Shown here piece after piece: positions 37,480-50,465 of a stretch of 64,000 nucleotides of DNA. The stretch covers positions 45,818,001-45,882,000 of the forward strand of contig CM060734.1 in assembly GCA_030704615.1 (NCBI GenBank). The letters are read 5' to 3'. The notes beneath the pieces are model-generated. The model was not told where the DNA came from, ran no database searches, and saw nothing but the letters and a program-made list of their open reading frames with translations. This DNA is from Takakia lepidozioides (Eukaryota; Plantae; Bryophyta). Numbering within the stretch: position 1 is the first letter of the stretch; each line of letters opens with the position of its first letter. A program made the translations under genes and the position numbers.

Positions 37480-38440
37480 CCCGATTGGGCTTCAACAACA
37501 TGAGAGCAAAATCGGGCATCCACTCTTCTTGCCCATGTGAATGTGAATCCGTGTGTCAATCAGATGATCAGCTGGTTGCCAAGCTGATGTAAACACCTTT
37601 GACAGGGTGTCCCACATGTGGGAATCAGTGGTATGCCCCAAAAACCAGTATAGTGATTGGCACAAAATCGAGTGCAAACTGTGGTGTTGACAATCTAGTT
37701 CTTTGTCCTTATGAGGAGGATGAGGATGTCTCGTCGGAGCACATGGTAGATTGGAAGCACTTTGCGAAACAAATAGTACTGACAAAGGAATGAGAGGAGA
37801 AAAAAAGACTCTCTCTCGTCCACGAACGCTCTGCACCTCACGAGCTCGTACCATAAGCCTAAACTGCAAGAATTTATTCGTCACAATTTCGTGGCAAGGT
37901 GGGAGGACAAGCAATTTCGACAATGCTTGATGCATTTTCCATCTGATATTCTGGTTTTAGTGGTTGATTTTGCAGAGAACTATACTTTTGAGATCCATAA
38001 TGAAGTGCAATCAATGCACTGGCATTCCTACCAGACTACCATCATGGTTTTAATAACTTGGCGTCGAAACCCTGAGCCTGATCCTAATGACCCTCGAAGT
38101 GATAGCTTGATGGAGTACCATTTTTTTTATTTCGGACGACAAAACCCACGACAATTACTTCGTACAGCATTGGAAACATGTATCCAGTACTTTCTTTCGC
38201 CAAGAGAGCATTGGATATGGAGCGACGGTTGTGCTTCCCAATTTAAAAGCAAAGTCCCATGGTACTTTATGAGTCGGTACCCTCATGTCACCAGTGGTTG
38301 TGGATTGCTTTGAAGTTTTTTTTGTACAGGGCACGGCAAGGGCCCTCATGATGGTGCAAGTGTTGTTGTCAACAGATTCCTGCAACAAGCACAATTGGAT
38401 GTGTCAGGCCCTAAATTACAAAATCTCGAGGACGTGGTGA
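37480..38440 (+). mobile_element. Sola2-like DDD transposase fragment (pseudogene)
   Basis: VVDFAENYTFEIHNEVQSMHW, SDDKTHD, WSDGCASQFKS and FFCTGHGKGPHDGA across frameshifts. Cut at ~38441 by an unrelated repeat that also occurs at ~43567. Confidence 0.72.
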
Positions 38441-39124
38441 ATTTGGACCTACGGGTCGAGAATTATACAAATATGAACAATTTTGGTTGCTGAAAATCCT
38501 GGGGGGTGCACTCTTCATAAAAAGACCATATCACGTGCGTGCATCAGCCAATAAACAATACCCCTGTATATAGCTTAATTCATGAATTTATCATATGTAA
38601 ACATATTTTTAAAACTTTATTAAAACCCCTAAAGTATTTATATAAAACAAACAATTAATGAATAACAATGCCCTGCTGTATGTATTCATGTGTTCATTGA
38701 GAATATAAAAACCCTTTATTTATGTATATTTTTTAATACAAATTATAGATCGGATTTTAAAAAAATCAAAATAACTTGTGTAACCAATAAAAATTAGTAT
38801 AAAACTTATTTTCCGTTTATAAAATTGCAAAAAACATGCTGAAATGTGTTGAGAAAGGTGCCTTCATTAGCAGTGCCTTGTTTTATCAATTGTGCTGCTG
38901 CCGCTGCTGTTTCCACTTTGGCCAAAACAAGAAGATTTTTCTTTTAAGAAACGGAGGGGGGGGGGGGGGGGGGGGTTGTGTGCAGCAGCAGCTGCAGCTC
39001 CTCCTCTCTCCCTCCCCCGTTTTCCTTGGCCTAGTAGGGGGGAGAGAGACAGCAGCAGCTACTGCTGCTCTACCCCTGCTTAGGCAAACAAAAGGGAAAA
39101 AAACAATAATAGTAATAACAAATC

Positions 39125-39550
39125 TCGTTGCTCCCACATTTGATATACATGTTGACGTGGGTACTGTTCAGAATGACACCTGATATAACCCTAGCTTTGA
39201 CAACATCACCATGGACCTCTTTGTCTTTTTCGAGGGCTGCTTGCATGGTTGTTCATGCATTATAAACACAAACAAACATGATCTGGTCCAACTTCAAGCC
39301 TTCCTGCATCATTTGCTCATAGGTCTCTATGTCAAAGTCTTCATCCCGCACCCCTCCTATGCATATCCTGCATTCTTCACGTTCCACAACACCACATCTC
39401 GTTCAGCCATATTGTCAAAACACTGCATCTAGTTAAACCACCTTGTTGCACCCGCTCTTGAAATACATGTCCACCAAGATAGGGTTTAGAATGACATCTG
39501 ATACAATTCCAGCTCTTACGATGTCACCATGGACTTCTTTGCCCTTTTCG
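39125..39550 (-). pseudogene. Degenerate PPR fragment
   Basis: Reverse strand gives KGKEVHGDIVRAGIVSDVILN.. and related P/L/S remnants. Confidence 0.75.
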
Positions 39551-39844
39551 AAAGGGTATCAAGAGAGAAAGAACTATCTCTCTCTCTCTCTCTCCCTTAA
39601 GCTCCCGACGCGATGAATTCGAGGTCAGACGGTGGGGTCAGCTGCAACATATGACTAATACCAGATATGGGCCTAAGTTAATCGACTCTATATCTTGGAA
39701 GTAGGACCGTCCCGTAGATTTCAAATAGTTTGGATTTTAATTTAATGTCCCGGTAGCTATATAAACTATTCTAAGTGTCAAATTGTTGTACAAGGAAGAA
39801 CAAGCTCATGTGAAATGTGATGGGACATACATCTTGTTGTTAGG

Positions 39845-42800
39845 TGCTGGTAAAATGCAGGGAGAACATTCTCCTACTAAGATGGATCCCACCTACCAGC
39901 TGTAGCATAGATATTTGATAGCAACACATAAGTCGCAGCATCCTGTTCATCCGACGTGAGGATAGATGTTGCCGCACGTTCAGCCATCTCCACATTGCCA
40001 TGGATTCTACAGGCACCAAGCAAGGCCTTCCACACCACAACATTTGGATTACAGGCATTTTATTAATCAGGTCCACTGCCTCATCCAGTTGTCCCGCACG
40101 TCCACCATGCAGCCAAAGTGCTTTACTGGCAGAGTGACACCATGATCTTGACTAAGGGAATCGAAGTAGTTTTTTCCTTCATCCAGTAGGCCAATGTGGT
40201 AGCATGCAGAGATAACACATATAAAGGTGATATTGTCTGGCTTCAAACCGTTCTTTTGAATTCCTTCAAATAGTTGCAGGACCTGCCTATGACAACCATG
40301 CTGGGCATATCCTGCAATCATCGCGTTACACGACACCACATTTCGTTCAGCCTGCATATTGTCAAATACTCCCTTTGCATCCTCAATGCACCCACATTTT
40401 GCATACATGTCCACCAGGGCAGTGTCCAGAATGACATTCCCTCTGCACCCTCAATGCTCCCAGATTTGGCATACATGTCCACAAGGCTATTGTTCAGAAT
40501 GATCACATCTGGTACAATTCCAGCTTTTGCGATGCAACCATGCACCTCTTTGCCCTTTTCCAGGGCTCCCAGGCTTGCATGGACTGCGAACGCACACAAA
40601 CATGATGTGGTCGGGCGTCACCCCTTCCCCCATCATTTGCTCATAGGTCTCCAAAGCCTCCATCCCACGCCCTTGTTGTGCATACCCTGCAAGCATCGCA
40701 CTCCACGACACCACATCTCATTTAGCCATAGTGTTGAACACTTCTTTTGCATTCTCAAAGCACCCACATTTGACATACATGTCCACCAGGGCAGCGTTCA
40801 GAATGACATTTGGTAATCGGACAGGCATTCACTTTTTTCCCTCGGTTGTCCCACCATTGACTGGGGTCAGAAAAGTATTCACTCCACAGCTTCTCCTCGT
40901 CTCTGCTACCTGTTTCTGGATACTTTCCTGTTGTCACATTGGCAGTATCATGTCAAAGTCACTCCAAACTAACTCAACCAGCTAACTTGCAGAATTCAAC
41001 ATGAAAATTTAGGGCCGATTCCGATAAAAGGGAAAAACAGGGTGAACTGTGTTGAAGAAGGTGCCTTGATTAGCATTGCCTCATTTTATCAATTGTGCCG
41101 CTGCTGCTGCGGCTTCTAGTGTGACCATCTACCCATGCAAGTATCTTGTAGCTATCCTTCCACAGGGAATCATAGGTAATTTGGACCTTGTAATCCAGCC
41201 CTCTTGGATGAATCTGGACCCTGCCTATCCCTACTCCTTCAGCTATCCATGGCCTCTGCACGAATCATGCCTACATCCTTGCCTTGCTCCTAGCAGCTGA
41301 CAATGACAGCCCAGAATTCTTCCAGCAAACCCCCCAACCATACTTCTCACACTAGTTTCTAGCTATGCTGACTTGCGTCTGCTTCCAACAGACATTCACC
41401 TTTTTGCCTCAATTGTTCCACCATTAACTGGGGTCGAAAACGTGTTCATTCTAGAGCTTCTCCTCGTCTCTGTTATTTGCTTTTCGATACTTTCCTGTTG
41501 CCACATGCCAGTAATATGTCAAAATCATTCCAAAACCACCATAGAAACGAGTTAACTTGCAGAATTCAACATGAAATTTTAGGGATGACTTTGATAATAG
41601 GGAAAAACAGGCTGAAATGTGTTGAAGAAGGTGCCTTCATTAACACTGCCTTCCCTATACTCAATTGTGTTGCTGCCATTGCTGTTTCCAGCTGACCATC
41701 TACCCACACAGATTTCTTGTAGGTATTGATCCACAAGGAATTAGAAGTAATCTTGTGTTTGAAATCCAACCCTCTTGGATGAATCTGGACCTCTGTCCCT
41801 GGTCCTTCAGCCAGCTAACTTACAGAATTCAACATGGAAATTTAGGGCCGATTCTGATAAGAGGGAAAAACAGGGTGATATGTGTTGAAGAAGGTGCCTT
41901 CATTAGCAATGCCTGATTTTATCCATTGTGCTGCTGCTGCAGCTTCCAGTTGACCATCTGCCTTCCACAGAGAATCATAGGTAATCTGGAGCTTGAAATC
42001 CGGCCCTCTTGGATAAATCTGGGCCCACATTCTATTGCTGCTAGCAGCTGACATTGATGGCATGAAGTTCTTCCAGCAAACACCCCAACCCTACCTATAG
42101 TAACATGTCAAAATCACTCCAAACCCACCATAGATCCACCAGCGAGCTTCTCCTCATCTATGTAATATGTTTTTTGATACTTTCCTGCTGCCACTTCGAC
42201 AATAACTTGTCATAGTCACTCCTAACCACCACAGATCCACCCATCGAGCTAACTTACAAAAATCAATATGCATCTCAAGGCCGAGTCTGGTGAGAGGGTA
42301 AAACAGGCAGAAATAGGTTGAAGAAGAAGGTGCCCTCACCACATTGTCTTTGATCTTGTGTCATGACCCATGGAGGGTTTGACCAAACATCAACCCAAAA
42401 GGACCTCTTCCGTGTGCAGCTTGTGTCTGCAGCATTCAGAATGATATCTAGTAATCTGACATGCATTCACCTTTTTGCCTCATTTGTCCCACCATTGGCT
42501 GGGGTCAGGAAAGTACTCATCCCACAACTGCTCCTCATCTCTGGTTACCTGTTTTGGATACTTTCCTGTGTCACATTGGTAGTATCATATCAAAGTCACT
42601 CCAAACTACCAAAGGTTCACTCAATTAGCCAACTTGCATAATTCAACATGGAAATGTAGGGCAGATTCTGATAAGAGGGGAAAACATGGTGAAATGTGTT
42701 GAAGAAGGTGCCTTCTCCTCCTCATCCATGTTATTTATTTTTGGATACTTTCCTGCTGCCACATCAGCAGTAACTTGTCAAAGTCACTCCTAACCACCAC

Positions 42801-43113
42801 AGATCCACCCAACGAGCTAACTTACAAAGTTCAATATGCATCTCAAGGCCGAGTCTGATGAGAGGGTAAAACAGGCAGAAATAGGTTGAAGAAGAAGATG
42901 CACTCCCCACATTGTCCTTGACCTTGTGTCATGACCCATGGAGGATTTGACGGAACATCAACCCTAAAGGACCTCTTGTGTGTGCAGCTTGTGTCTGTAA
43001 TCAGGTACTGTCGGATCGCTCTGTGAGAACCACCACGCCTCCACCACGGTGCAGCTGAGCAGACGCCGATTGACACACGGCCTGCTAAGACCTCCCAAGA
43101 ACTTGGTAAACAT
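39845..43113 (-). pseudogene. Organelle-targeted multi-PDF-motif + PLS-PPR-E gene remnant
   Basis: Starts MFTKFLGGLSRPCVNRRLLSC (presequence-like). Then repeated PDF modules (WWFSQSDPTVPDYRHK..PPWV; EEKLWSEYFSDPSQWWDNRGKK; PRGPDFK / DFKHKITSNSLWI..WVDGQL). PPR motifs and E domain follow at 40.8-39.85 kb. Many stops and frameshifts. Confidence 0.75.
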
Positions 43114-43704
43114 GAGGAAGAAGTGCACAACAAGGTGAGAGCACGCAGCGCAGCGGAAGATAGGGCTTAGCGAGGCGGAAAAGAGAAACGAAGCAAAAAA
43201 AAGACGCAAAAATTATTTGAACACGCGATGTCACGACGCGTAATTAGGGACCTTTCCAATACGCTATACACCAAACATGTAACTAATCCTTATATATATA
43301 TATATATATATATATATTAGGAATTTTTCAGACCCTTTCAATATACATAGTCTGTATGTGGGGGTATTTAATTAACCCCCTTCTGTTCACGCACATGATA
43401 GGTACATTAACCCTTGGTGCACCCCCCAGGCTGAAAATTTAACTAAATTACAAAATCAAGTGTTGGAAGGACAATGGAGGTTGCACTTGGGCTTAGATAG
43501 AGGCCACGAATTTTGTACCGTTGGAAAGCCCTCGATGAGTACGGGTGCACCGACTTGGTTTCACACAATTTGGACCTACGGGCCGAGAACTATAGAAATA
43601 TGAACAATTTTGGTCGCTACATATTCAACTTTAAATCTACAAAACTAAGTGTTGGAATGACACTAGAGGTTGCACTTGGGCCTCTACATGGGAGAAGCAC
43701 TTAG

Positions 43705-44290
43705 ATACATAGTTTGTGTGCGTTTGCAATGCGCGGGCAGCCCTGGAAAATGGCAAAGAGGTCCATGGTTGCATCGTCAAATCTGGAATGGTACCAGATG
43801 TGATTCTGAACAATACCCTTGTGGACATGTATGCCAAATCTGGGAGCATTGAGGATGCGGAGAGAGTGTTCAACAATATGGCTGAACGACATTTGGTGTC
43901 ATGGGACGCTGGAGACTGCACTTACTGACATGTATGCCAAATGGGGGAGTACAAAGGATGCACGTGATGTGGTCTCTTGGAGTCTTGGTCTTGGTCTCTT
44001 GTGGTCTCAACGATCACAGGATATGGTCAGCATGGTTGTGGCGGTGAGGAGATGTATGAGCAAATGATACTGGAAGGGGTGACACCTGACAAGGTCACTG
44101 TCATATCTGTTCTCAATGCATGTTCCAGCCTGGGAGCTCTGGATAAAGGACAAGAGGTTCATGGTGACATCAACAAAACTGGAATAGTGCCAGATATATT
44201 GGTGGAGACAGCCCTTGCTGACATGTATGCTAAATGTGGTAGTGTCAAGGAGGCACGTCCCCATGATTGCAGGATATACTCAGCATGGGT
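43705..44290 (+). pseudogene. PPR fragment
   Basis: [47 protein letters not shown]; GVTPDKVTVISVLNACSSL. Confidence 0.85.
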
Positions 44291-46049
44291 TTGCTATGGA
44301 GGCTTTCGGGCTCAGTCACTGTGGCATTTGCCTTCCATAGTGAGGAGACTACGAGCAGCATGAACACAAGAGTCCCTCCTATTCCTGCCATTTCTTTGTG
44401 ATCACACAGTTATCTGCAATACGAAGGTAACTTCTTGTCTCCAACTTTATCTAGTTAGAATAAACTGATGATCACAGAGGGATTCAGAAATTTGAAATGA
44501 CAATTTAATTTGACATTGAAATGCATATCAGGTACCACATGACAAACTTACTTTAGATGTAGAGGCCTTATTCTAAGACCTACTTATCTCCCTTTTCCCT
44601 GGGTGAGAACGGAACTGTAATGTCATAGAGCCTGCAACAGAGCCTCCGAAAGTGGTACTGCTGTGACAGTTGGTTGCCAATAAACTTTATTTTCAAAGGA
44701 TTCTGTTATTTATTGATGTCACATTCACACTGATGCAGGTCTTGGGCCCTCTTCACTCAGCTATGCACCAGATTGCAGAGATTGTTGGCCCCCTTGAACA
44801 AATTCAAAGAGGCAAGGTTGGTTCCTGTCTTGGTACTTTGCTGGGTCTCTTACTCTCCTCTGCCATTCTTTCTAGGATTCTTACCTGGGGTAGGCTTTGC
44901 TCGGTCATGTACTGGGAATTATAATTATTCTGTTTCTTACTTACTGGTTTAGGTGGGCTGCCTTATGCTTGTGGCCAGCCCCTGAACTGTCCATGGTTAA
45001 GTCGTTGCCCCCTCATAGTTTCTTGTAATTCCTAGTTACACCAATGTGTTCCCTTAATCTGCTTCGGATAAATTCTCGGGTATGACTCCATCCTGCCCTG
45101 CCCCAACCTAAGCCCAAGCCCAGATAGAATATCTGGGATCACGCACGAGTATTAAACAGTATTGCTATGTTCTTATCAGGTGCTGCTAACCTGAGACATC
45201 ATGGGGTTATTGTGGGGATAGCATTATTGTGCGTGGGCCGTCAGCATATGAAGATGAAAAGTGGCGCCATTTCATCATTGCACATGCTGGCAGCACTGCC
45301 AGCTGCTTTTATGTTATGCCATGTTCCCGCTGCAAGGTGGGTGCCATGCGATTGGCCTTATCACACACTATTACAAGCCAGAGCTAATGTCTAGCTGATG
45401 TTTCTAATGCTCACCTTTGCAGCTCAATAGCTATGAGGCACTCCTCCTCTGTGTGATATCTGGATTTTTCTCTGATTATGGACATTTGGTTTTCTCTTGT
45501 TGGTCTAGTGTGTCCCATCTCCCATGCACATGAATGTCTTTCTTGTTCTGTCAATTTCATACCAGGCAAGGGGTCTATTTGTCTGTAGACTTTGATAGTA
45601 CTGCATCCTACCAAGGAAAAGTCATCACCTCATGTATCTGTAATTACTTTGATAAATTTTGGTGAAATGTGAAATTATAGGAGCATGCATGGACTGGTTG
45701 TGTGATGTTCACAGGTGCCCACCATCAACATGGAAAATCCTCAAGGCACTGGCGAAGAACCCTTGAAAGTAAGCCCCTGCCCCCATTGGGGATCCTAATA
45801 CCATTGTCAGTTTGTCAAGCACGTAACAGTGAATGCAGCAACAAGTCTGGGCTGGCCCTCTGTTGAACTGCTGCCCTCCCAGGCCTGTTTGATGCATAAG
45901 ACTGACTGAAATGACTGCTAGTACAACTTCTGGTACATTTGTGTAGGCAACATAGCTGGAGTTATGGGAATTTATGTCATTGACGTCAATATTAAACGCC
46001 TCAACAATCTTTGATCACGTGGAATATAATGTTGGCAGGATTTACCAAG

Positions 46050-46330
46050 CATGGGATGCTTTGGAGACCTATGAGCAAATGATGTGTGAAGGGGTGAAGC
46101 CCAACCACATCACGTTTGTTTGTGTTTGCAATGCGTGTGCAAGCCTGGGAGCCCTGGAAAAGGGGAAAGAGGTCCATGGTGACATCGTCAAAGCTGGAAT
46201 TGTACCAGATGTCATTCCGAACTCTGCCCTCGTGGACATGTATGCCAAATGTGGGTGCATTAAGGATGCGAAGGCAGTGTTCAACAATATGGCTGTATGA
46301 AATGTGGTGTCGTGGAACGCGATGATCACA
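46050..46330 (+). pseudogene. PPR fragment nearly identical to repeats at 1-2050
   Basis: ALETYEQMMCEGVKPNHITFVCVCNACASLGALEKGKEVH..DAKAVFNNMAV*. Confidence 0.88.
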
Positions 46331-47392
46331 GCTTTTATGTGCGTAAATACCGCTTTAACTGAGGCCATTCCAGCTTAAAATCATTAATACAAGGCTGGCT
46401 GACAGCCCAGGCCCTCAAACATCTATCAGGCTCAAACCCACTGGACTCGAGCCCTCCTAGTATGCTCGGGTCTCCAACAATTTTAAACACAATGGACTCT
46501 CCGTTGCTTCCCTATTGCCACAAATATGGAGGGCCTGGAAATTGCATCCAAGCAGGATTGCAATAGATGCATCAGAAGAGAACTTACGACCTTCACGGGT
46601 CCAAGGCCGGAAAGACGCCAAACATGATGATCAAATCAGAAAAAACAAAAGGAACTGTTTTCAGAAAATCAACAAGGATACCTCATAGAATAAACTACCT
46701 TCAACTTTGAAGAGAAATATCAAATATCAATATCAGTATTTTTTATCAAGACAAAGATTTTGTTCAGAACAATAATTTTTGGCAAGCTAATTATGTTTAT
46801 GTAGACAGCTATTTTTTTTCAAGAATGTATCTTCGGATATATGGTCGTTATCAATTATATCAAAATGGTAATGTCCGACGTAAACAAAAAGAAAACTTGG
46901 GCATGTGTATAACTTCAAATAATATGGAAAAACAAAATATTACTGCGGACAGACAGAATCCAGATAAAATATGCCTTGAATAAAGACAAAATAAATGATG
47001 AACGCCGGAACAACTTTTTCATGAAACCGTGACATTAAATCAAAATCCAAACGAAGTGAAAATAAAGATGAAAAAGATATCATATAAACAACATTTATAA
47101 ACAAAATCTACCTGTTGTATCAAAACGAACGAGAGTCATTATAGCGGTCAAATTAATATCAAATGAAACAAGCCTCAAATTGCAAATAGGCTCTCTTGCT
47201 TTGGCAAAACATAAGAGGAAGGAAAAACTAGGGAGCATGATTGAGCACACCACAACAATCATAAGCTTGACACGGTGTAAGGTCCTTGGACCACATTTTC
47301 TCCGTTGATTTTAACATGAGACAGCCAATAAATGTTCATCCGTTCATAAAACTTGAATATAGCCCATCTATCTAGAAGTTGTTCTTAGAAGT

Positions 47393-47660
47393 CGTCGCTA
47401 GTAGTGCGGAGCAACGCGAAGCCCTAGTATAAATTTTAAAATTTTCACCAAATTTCAATCTCTGATTTCATCACATTACAAGTTGTTGCTCATTTGGACA
47501 ACCAAGTTGTAGCCAAGTGTTAATGGGCACATACCACCTCGGAAGTGGTTGTGAGTTCAATTCACCCTTGGTGTCACAAAAGTGTCCATCTTCCTAGCGG
47601 AAGGCAGCAACCTTGGGGGGGTGTGAAGAGACACCATAATTTACACTTCCCTCGGGAGGC
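47393..47660 (+). mobile_element. Helitron-like 3' end followed by a tRNA-SINE-like repeat (second copy)
   Basis: Same ~35-bp CTAG-ending motif as 4008-4043, then a SINE-like head matching 4069-4170 and a tail matching 6169-6198. Confidence 0.45.
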
Positions 47661-47714
47661 GTGATCAAAGTGTGGAGTAACAGTGAAGCTGCCATCACAT
47701 AATCCAGCTGGAAG

Positions 47715-48450
47715 TGAGTGCCTAGCATTGCCTGCACATCATTTGCCACACATCCCCTTAGCTTATACGTTAGCTTATATGTTGACCAGTGCTCGACATA
47801 ACGTTCCTAAGTATGAATGACTTCAGAAGATCTACAATGCAATGAAGAGTAATTTCTCTTTCTGTTCCCCATGAACCGTAACGTTTGTAATGACTTTGAT
47901 TTCAGCTACCCAAATTTCTGCTTGGTGAGGTGATGCAGGACCATATCCTGAAAGAGTTACAGACCTAGACTAGCTAAATCAAAGTATAACCCACGCAACC
48001 CCTTTTTGATTTCTTGAACACACACAACAGGGGACTCTTAGCACGTTGCTCAGCAGGTTTGGACGGCATACCAGGCGGCAGTTGATGGTCTCAGGTGCAG
48101 GACCATCGAATGCAAACACGCTCACAAATGATTTGTCACCAGTCTCGGGTCTCCGTTCCAGCTCAGGGCGAGGATAGACCGAGCCAGAGTTGGGCTTTGC
48201 CCCAAATACGGACCGCTGCTCTGACTCGTTGATCTCCTGGTTCTTGAGAATCGCATCCCTGGTAACTTCCTTCTTTGTCATCCGGTCCACCTCCTCCTTC
48301 AGTCCCGCTAGTCCTGAGCCCCTTCCATCATTGCTGGCTTCACATCGAACCTTGCCTGCCGGAGATTTCAGTGAGCGAGATTGGGTTGCGAATCCTGAGC
48401 TGGTGAGCTAATCAGACTTTGGCACACTGCAATGCAAGGTCAACCCTTTG
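47715..48450 (-). pseudogene. ELIP: Early light-induced protein (ELIP) pseudogene
   Basis: VRCEAS..YPRPELERRPETGDKSFVSVFAFDGPAPETINCRL|gtatg, then intron, then ag|AMLG at ~47731, after which the ELIP helices are missing. No clean start codon. Confidence 0.8.
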
Positions 48451-50465
48451 GCAATGAACTGATGTTTAGGTGTTTGTGATGTATGGTAGCAAATGATGAG
48501 GCTAAGAAGTCTTGGAGCAGATGGAGGTTGAAAACGATGCTGGAGCTTTCTCCAAGCCAGGACTAAGAGACTGGTACCGGACAACTTGCGTGGTGGTATC
48601 GGCTGGAGCCGTACTTGAGCAGGCTGAGATGCTGTGAGAAAGGGGCGTTCACTCTATCCGGGAGGCTGAGGGCTATGAAATGGCTTCCAAGCTGGCAGTG
48701 GATGTCACTTATTGCACACAAATTTGAGTTCAGCCTCTCCAATACTGAGGCACTTGTCCAGATCTTGCATGACCACCCTCTCTTCCCAGATGTACAAGTT
48801 TCTCTGCTACGCTTATGAACTCAACTTCATTCTGGACTTTACATAAATTTTCCCTCCCCCCTTCTGCTTCTCTTTCGTACAGATCTATTCGAAACAGTTG
48901 CAACCTAGATTATTTTAATCCATCACATGACTAGCCCAAAAGCTACGGGCAACATTCCTACAGGACTGACCCCGGGGTTGGTTGGCATTCTGGGTTGCAG
49001 GTGTAAGCGGATGTTGGCAGAGATTGTTGTGAAAGCTGTGGTGGCAGTGGCTGCCCTAGAGAGGCAAGATGTGAATCTGGATCTGATCAAAGTGGAAGGG
49101 AAAGGGGGGGAAAGCTAGAAGACACAGAGCTTGTTTATGGCATAGTGGTTTTTGATAAGGATTGGAGCCACCCCCAGATGCCAAAGGAAATTGTGAATGC
49201 TATAATTGCCATGCTGACGTGCCCCTTTGAGCCCCCAAACCCAAGACCAAGCATAAGGTGGACATTGACTCTGTTGACAAGTTTGAAGATTTGCACGATT
49301 TCCAGAACATGTACTTTGATGAGATGGTGCAGCAGTGAATGGTATGGGATATGTTTCTTTCCCTGCTCTGGAGGTTTTGGAGGCTTGGATATGAAGGCTT
49401 TCTGATAGGTGTACTTCTGTGCATACTAGCTGTGATCTGTGTTTTGATGATGAAGCCAATCATTTGCTGATGCACCGTGGGTCGCCAGCTGTACGGTGGG
49501 TTGGAGGAGTGGAGTTGGAACTCAGTGCCATTGCCCACAGGTTTTTGGTTCTCACTATTCCAATATGTCTTTGGATTACTTGCTTCTTTTGCTGCTGAAG
49601 GTAAGAATGACACCCAATTAGAGCATCTCTTGAATAACCTTGATCGATGTTTTTATCATTTGAAATCGGCAAACAGGAACTTTAGTGCATCCTTCTCTTT
49701 CTTAGTTTGAAAGCTTATGGATGTGTTACTCTGTGGAGTTGGTGGCAGGTGGCTGCATTGTCCGAAGTTTTGAAGAGTTTACACCCGACAAACTTGGTAA
49801 GGGAGGGTTCGTTGCTCTGGCTTCTTTCTGAACTGACGCATATGTAGTTTTCCTGTGTATGGTTTTTCTTCACAAGGAAGTGGAGTTGAATTGGTAGGAA
49901 GGCATTTTCCTGCTTTGCGAACAGCGTTAAATCGCTATTTTTGTATCATCATTGACAGTATTTGATTGGAGATCTGAATGACCTGCGCGGTTTGATAGGG
50001 TTTCTTTTCTGATTTGCTAAGTGGATGTTAACTGTAGGGCAGTGGTGGTTGAACGCTTTTTTGTTTTGCTTCGTACATGATTGTCTGAGGGTTTTTGTTG
50101 TTACTGAGTTGTTGTGAACGATTGAGTTTGTTTGTCTAGACCATGTGTCTTTTTGGTCCAAGATTTGCACACTGTCTGCATTGCAAACATAGGCGACAAG
50201 TTGCAGGCTTGTCTAGGGTGTTTGGCTAGGGGGTTTGACAGGGTTTCTTGATTTGCAGAATGGATGGTGGCTCTATGGTAGTGGTGGCAACCGCCACCTT
50301 TCCCAGACTGCCCATCTTTCCAATATACAACTTGTTGATGGAAATAACTATGGTTCCTCGGGGCTCAGGTCATCCACTTTGAAAAACAGAATTTATACAG
50401 AGTCCCAGTACAAAACACCTACTGACAATGTGCGGGACTATGGGAGCATTGTGATTCAGAACTGA

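Larger units (their letters stand above)
21900..38440. mobile_element. Large decayed DNA-transposon island (one element or two nested related elements) with ParB-like/DNA methyltransferase cargo
   Basis: Two transposase-type ORFs, two ParB-like paralogues, and several tandem and palindromic arrays. Boundaries are approximate; no TIR pair or TSD was identified. Confidence 0.6.

Noticed and set aside
48900-49800. Short plus-strand ORFs that look coding
   Set aside because: Fragmented, and no family could be recognised.
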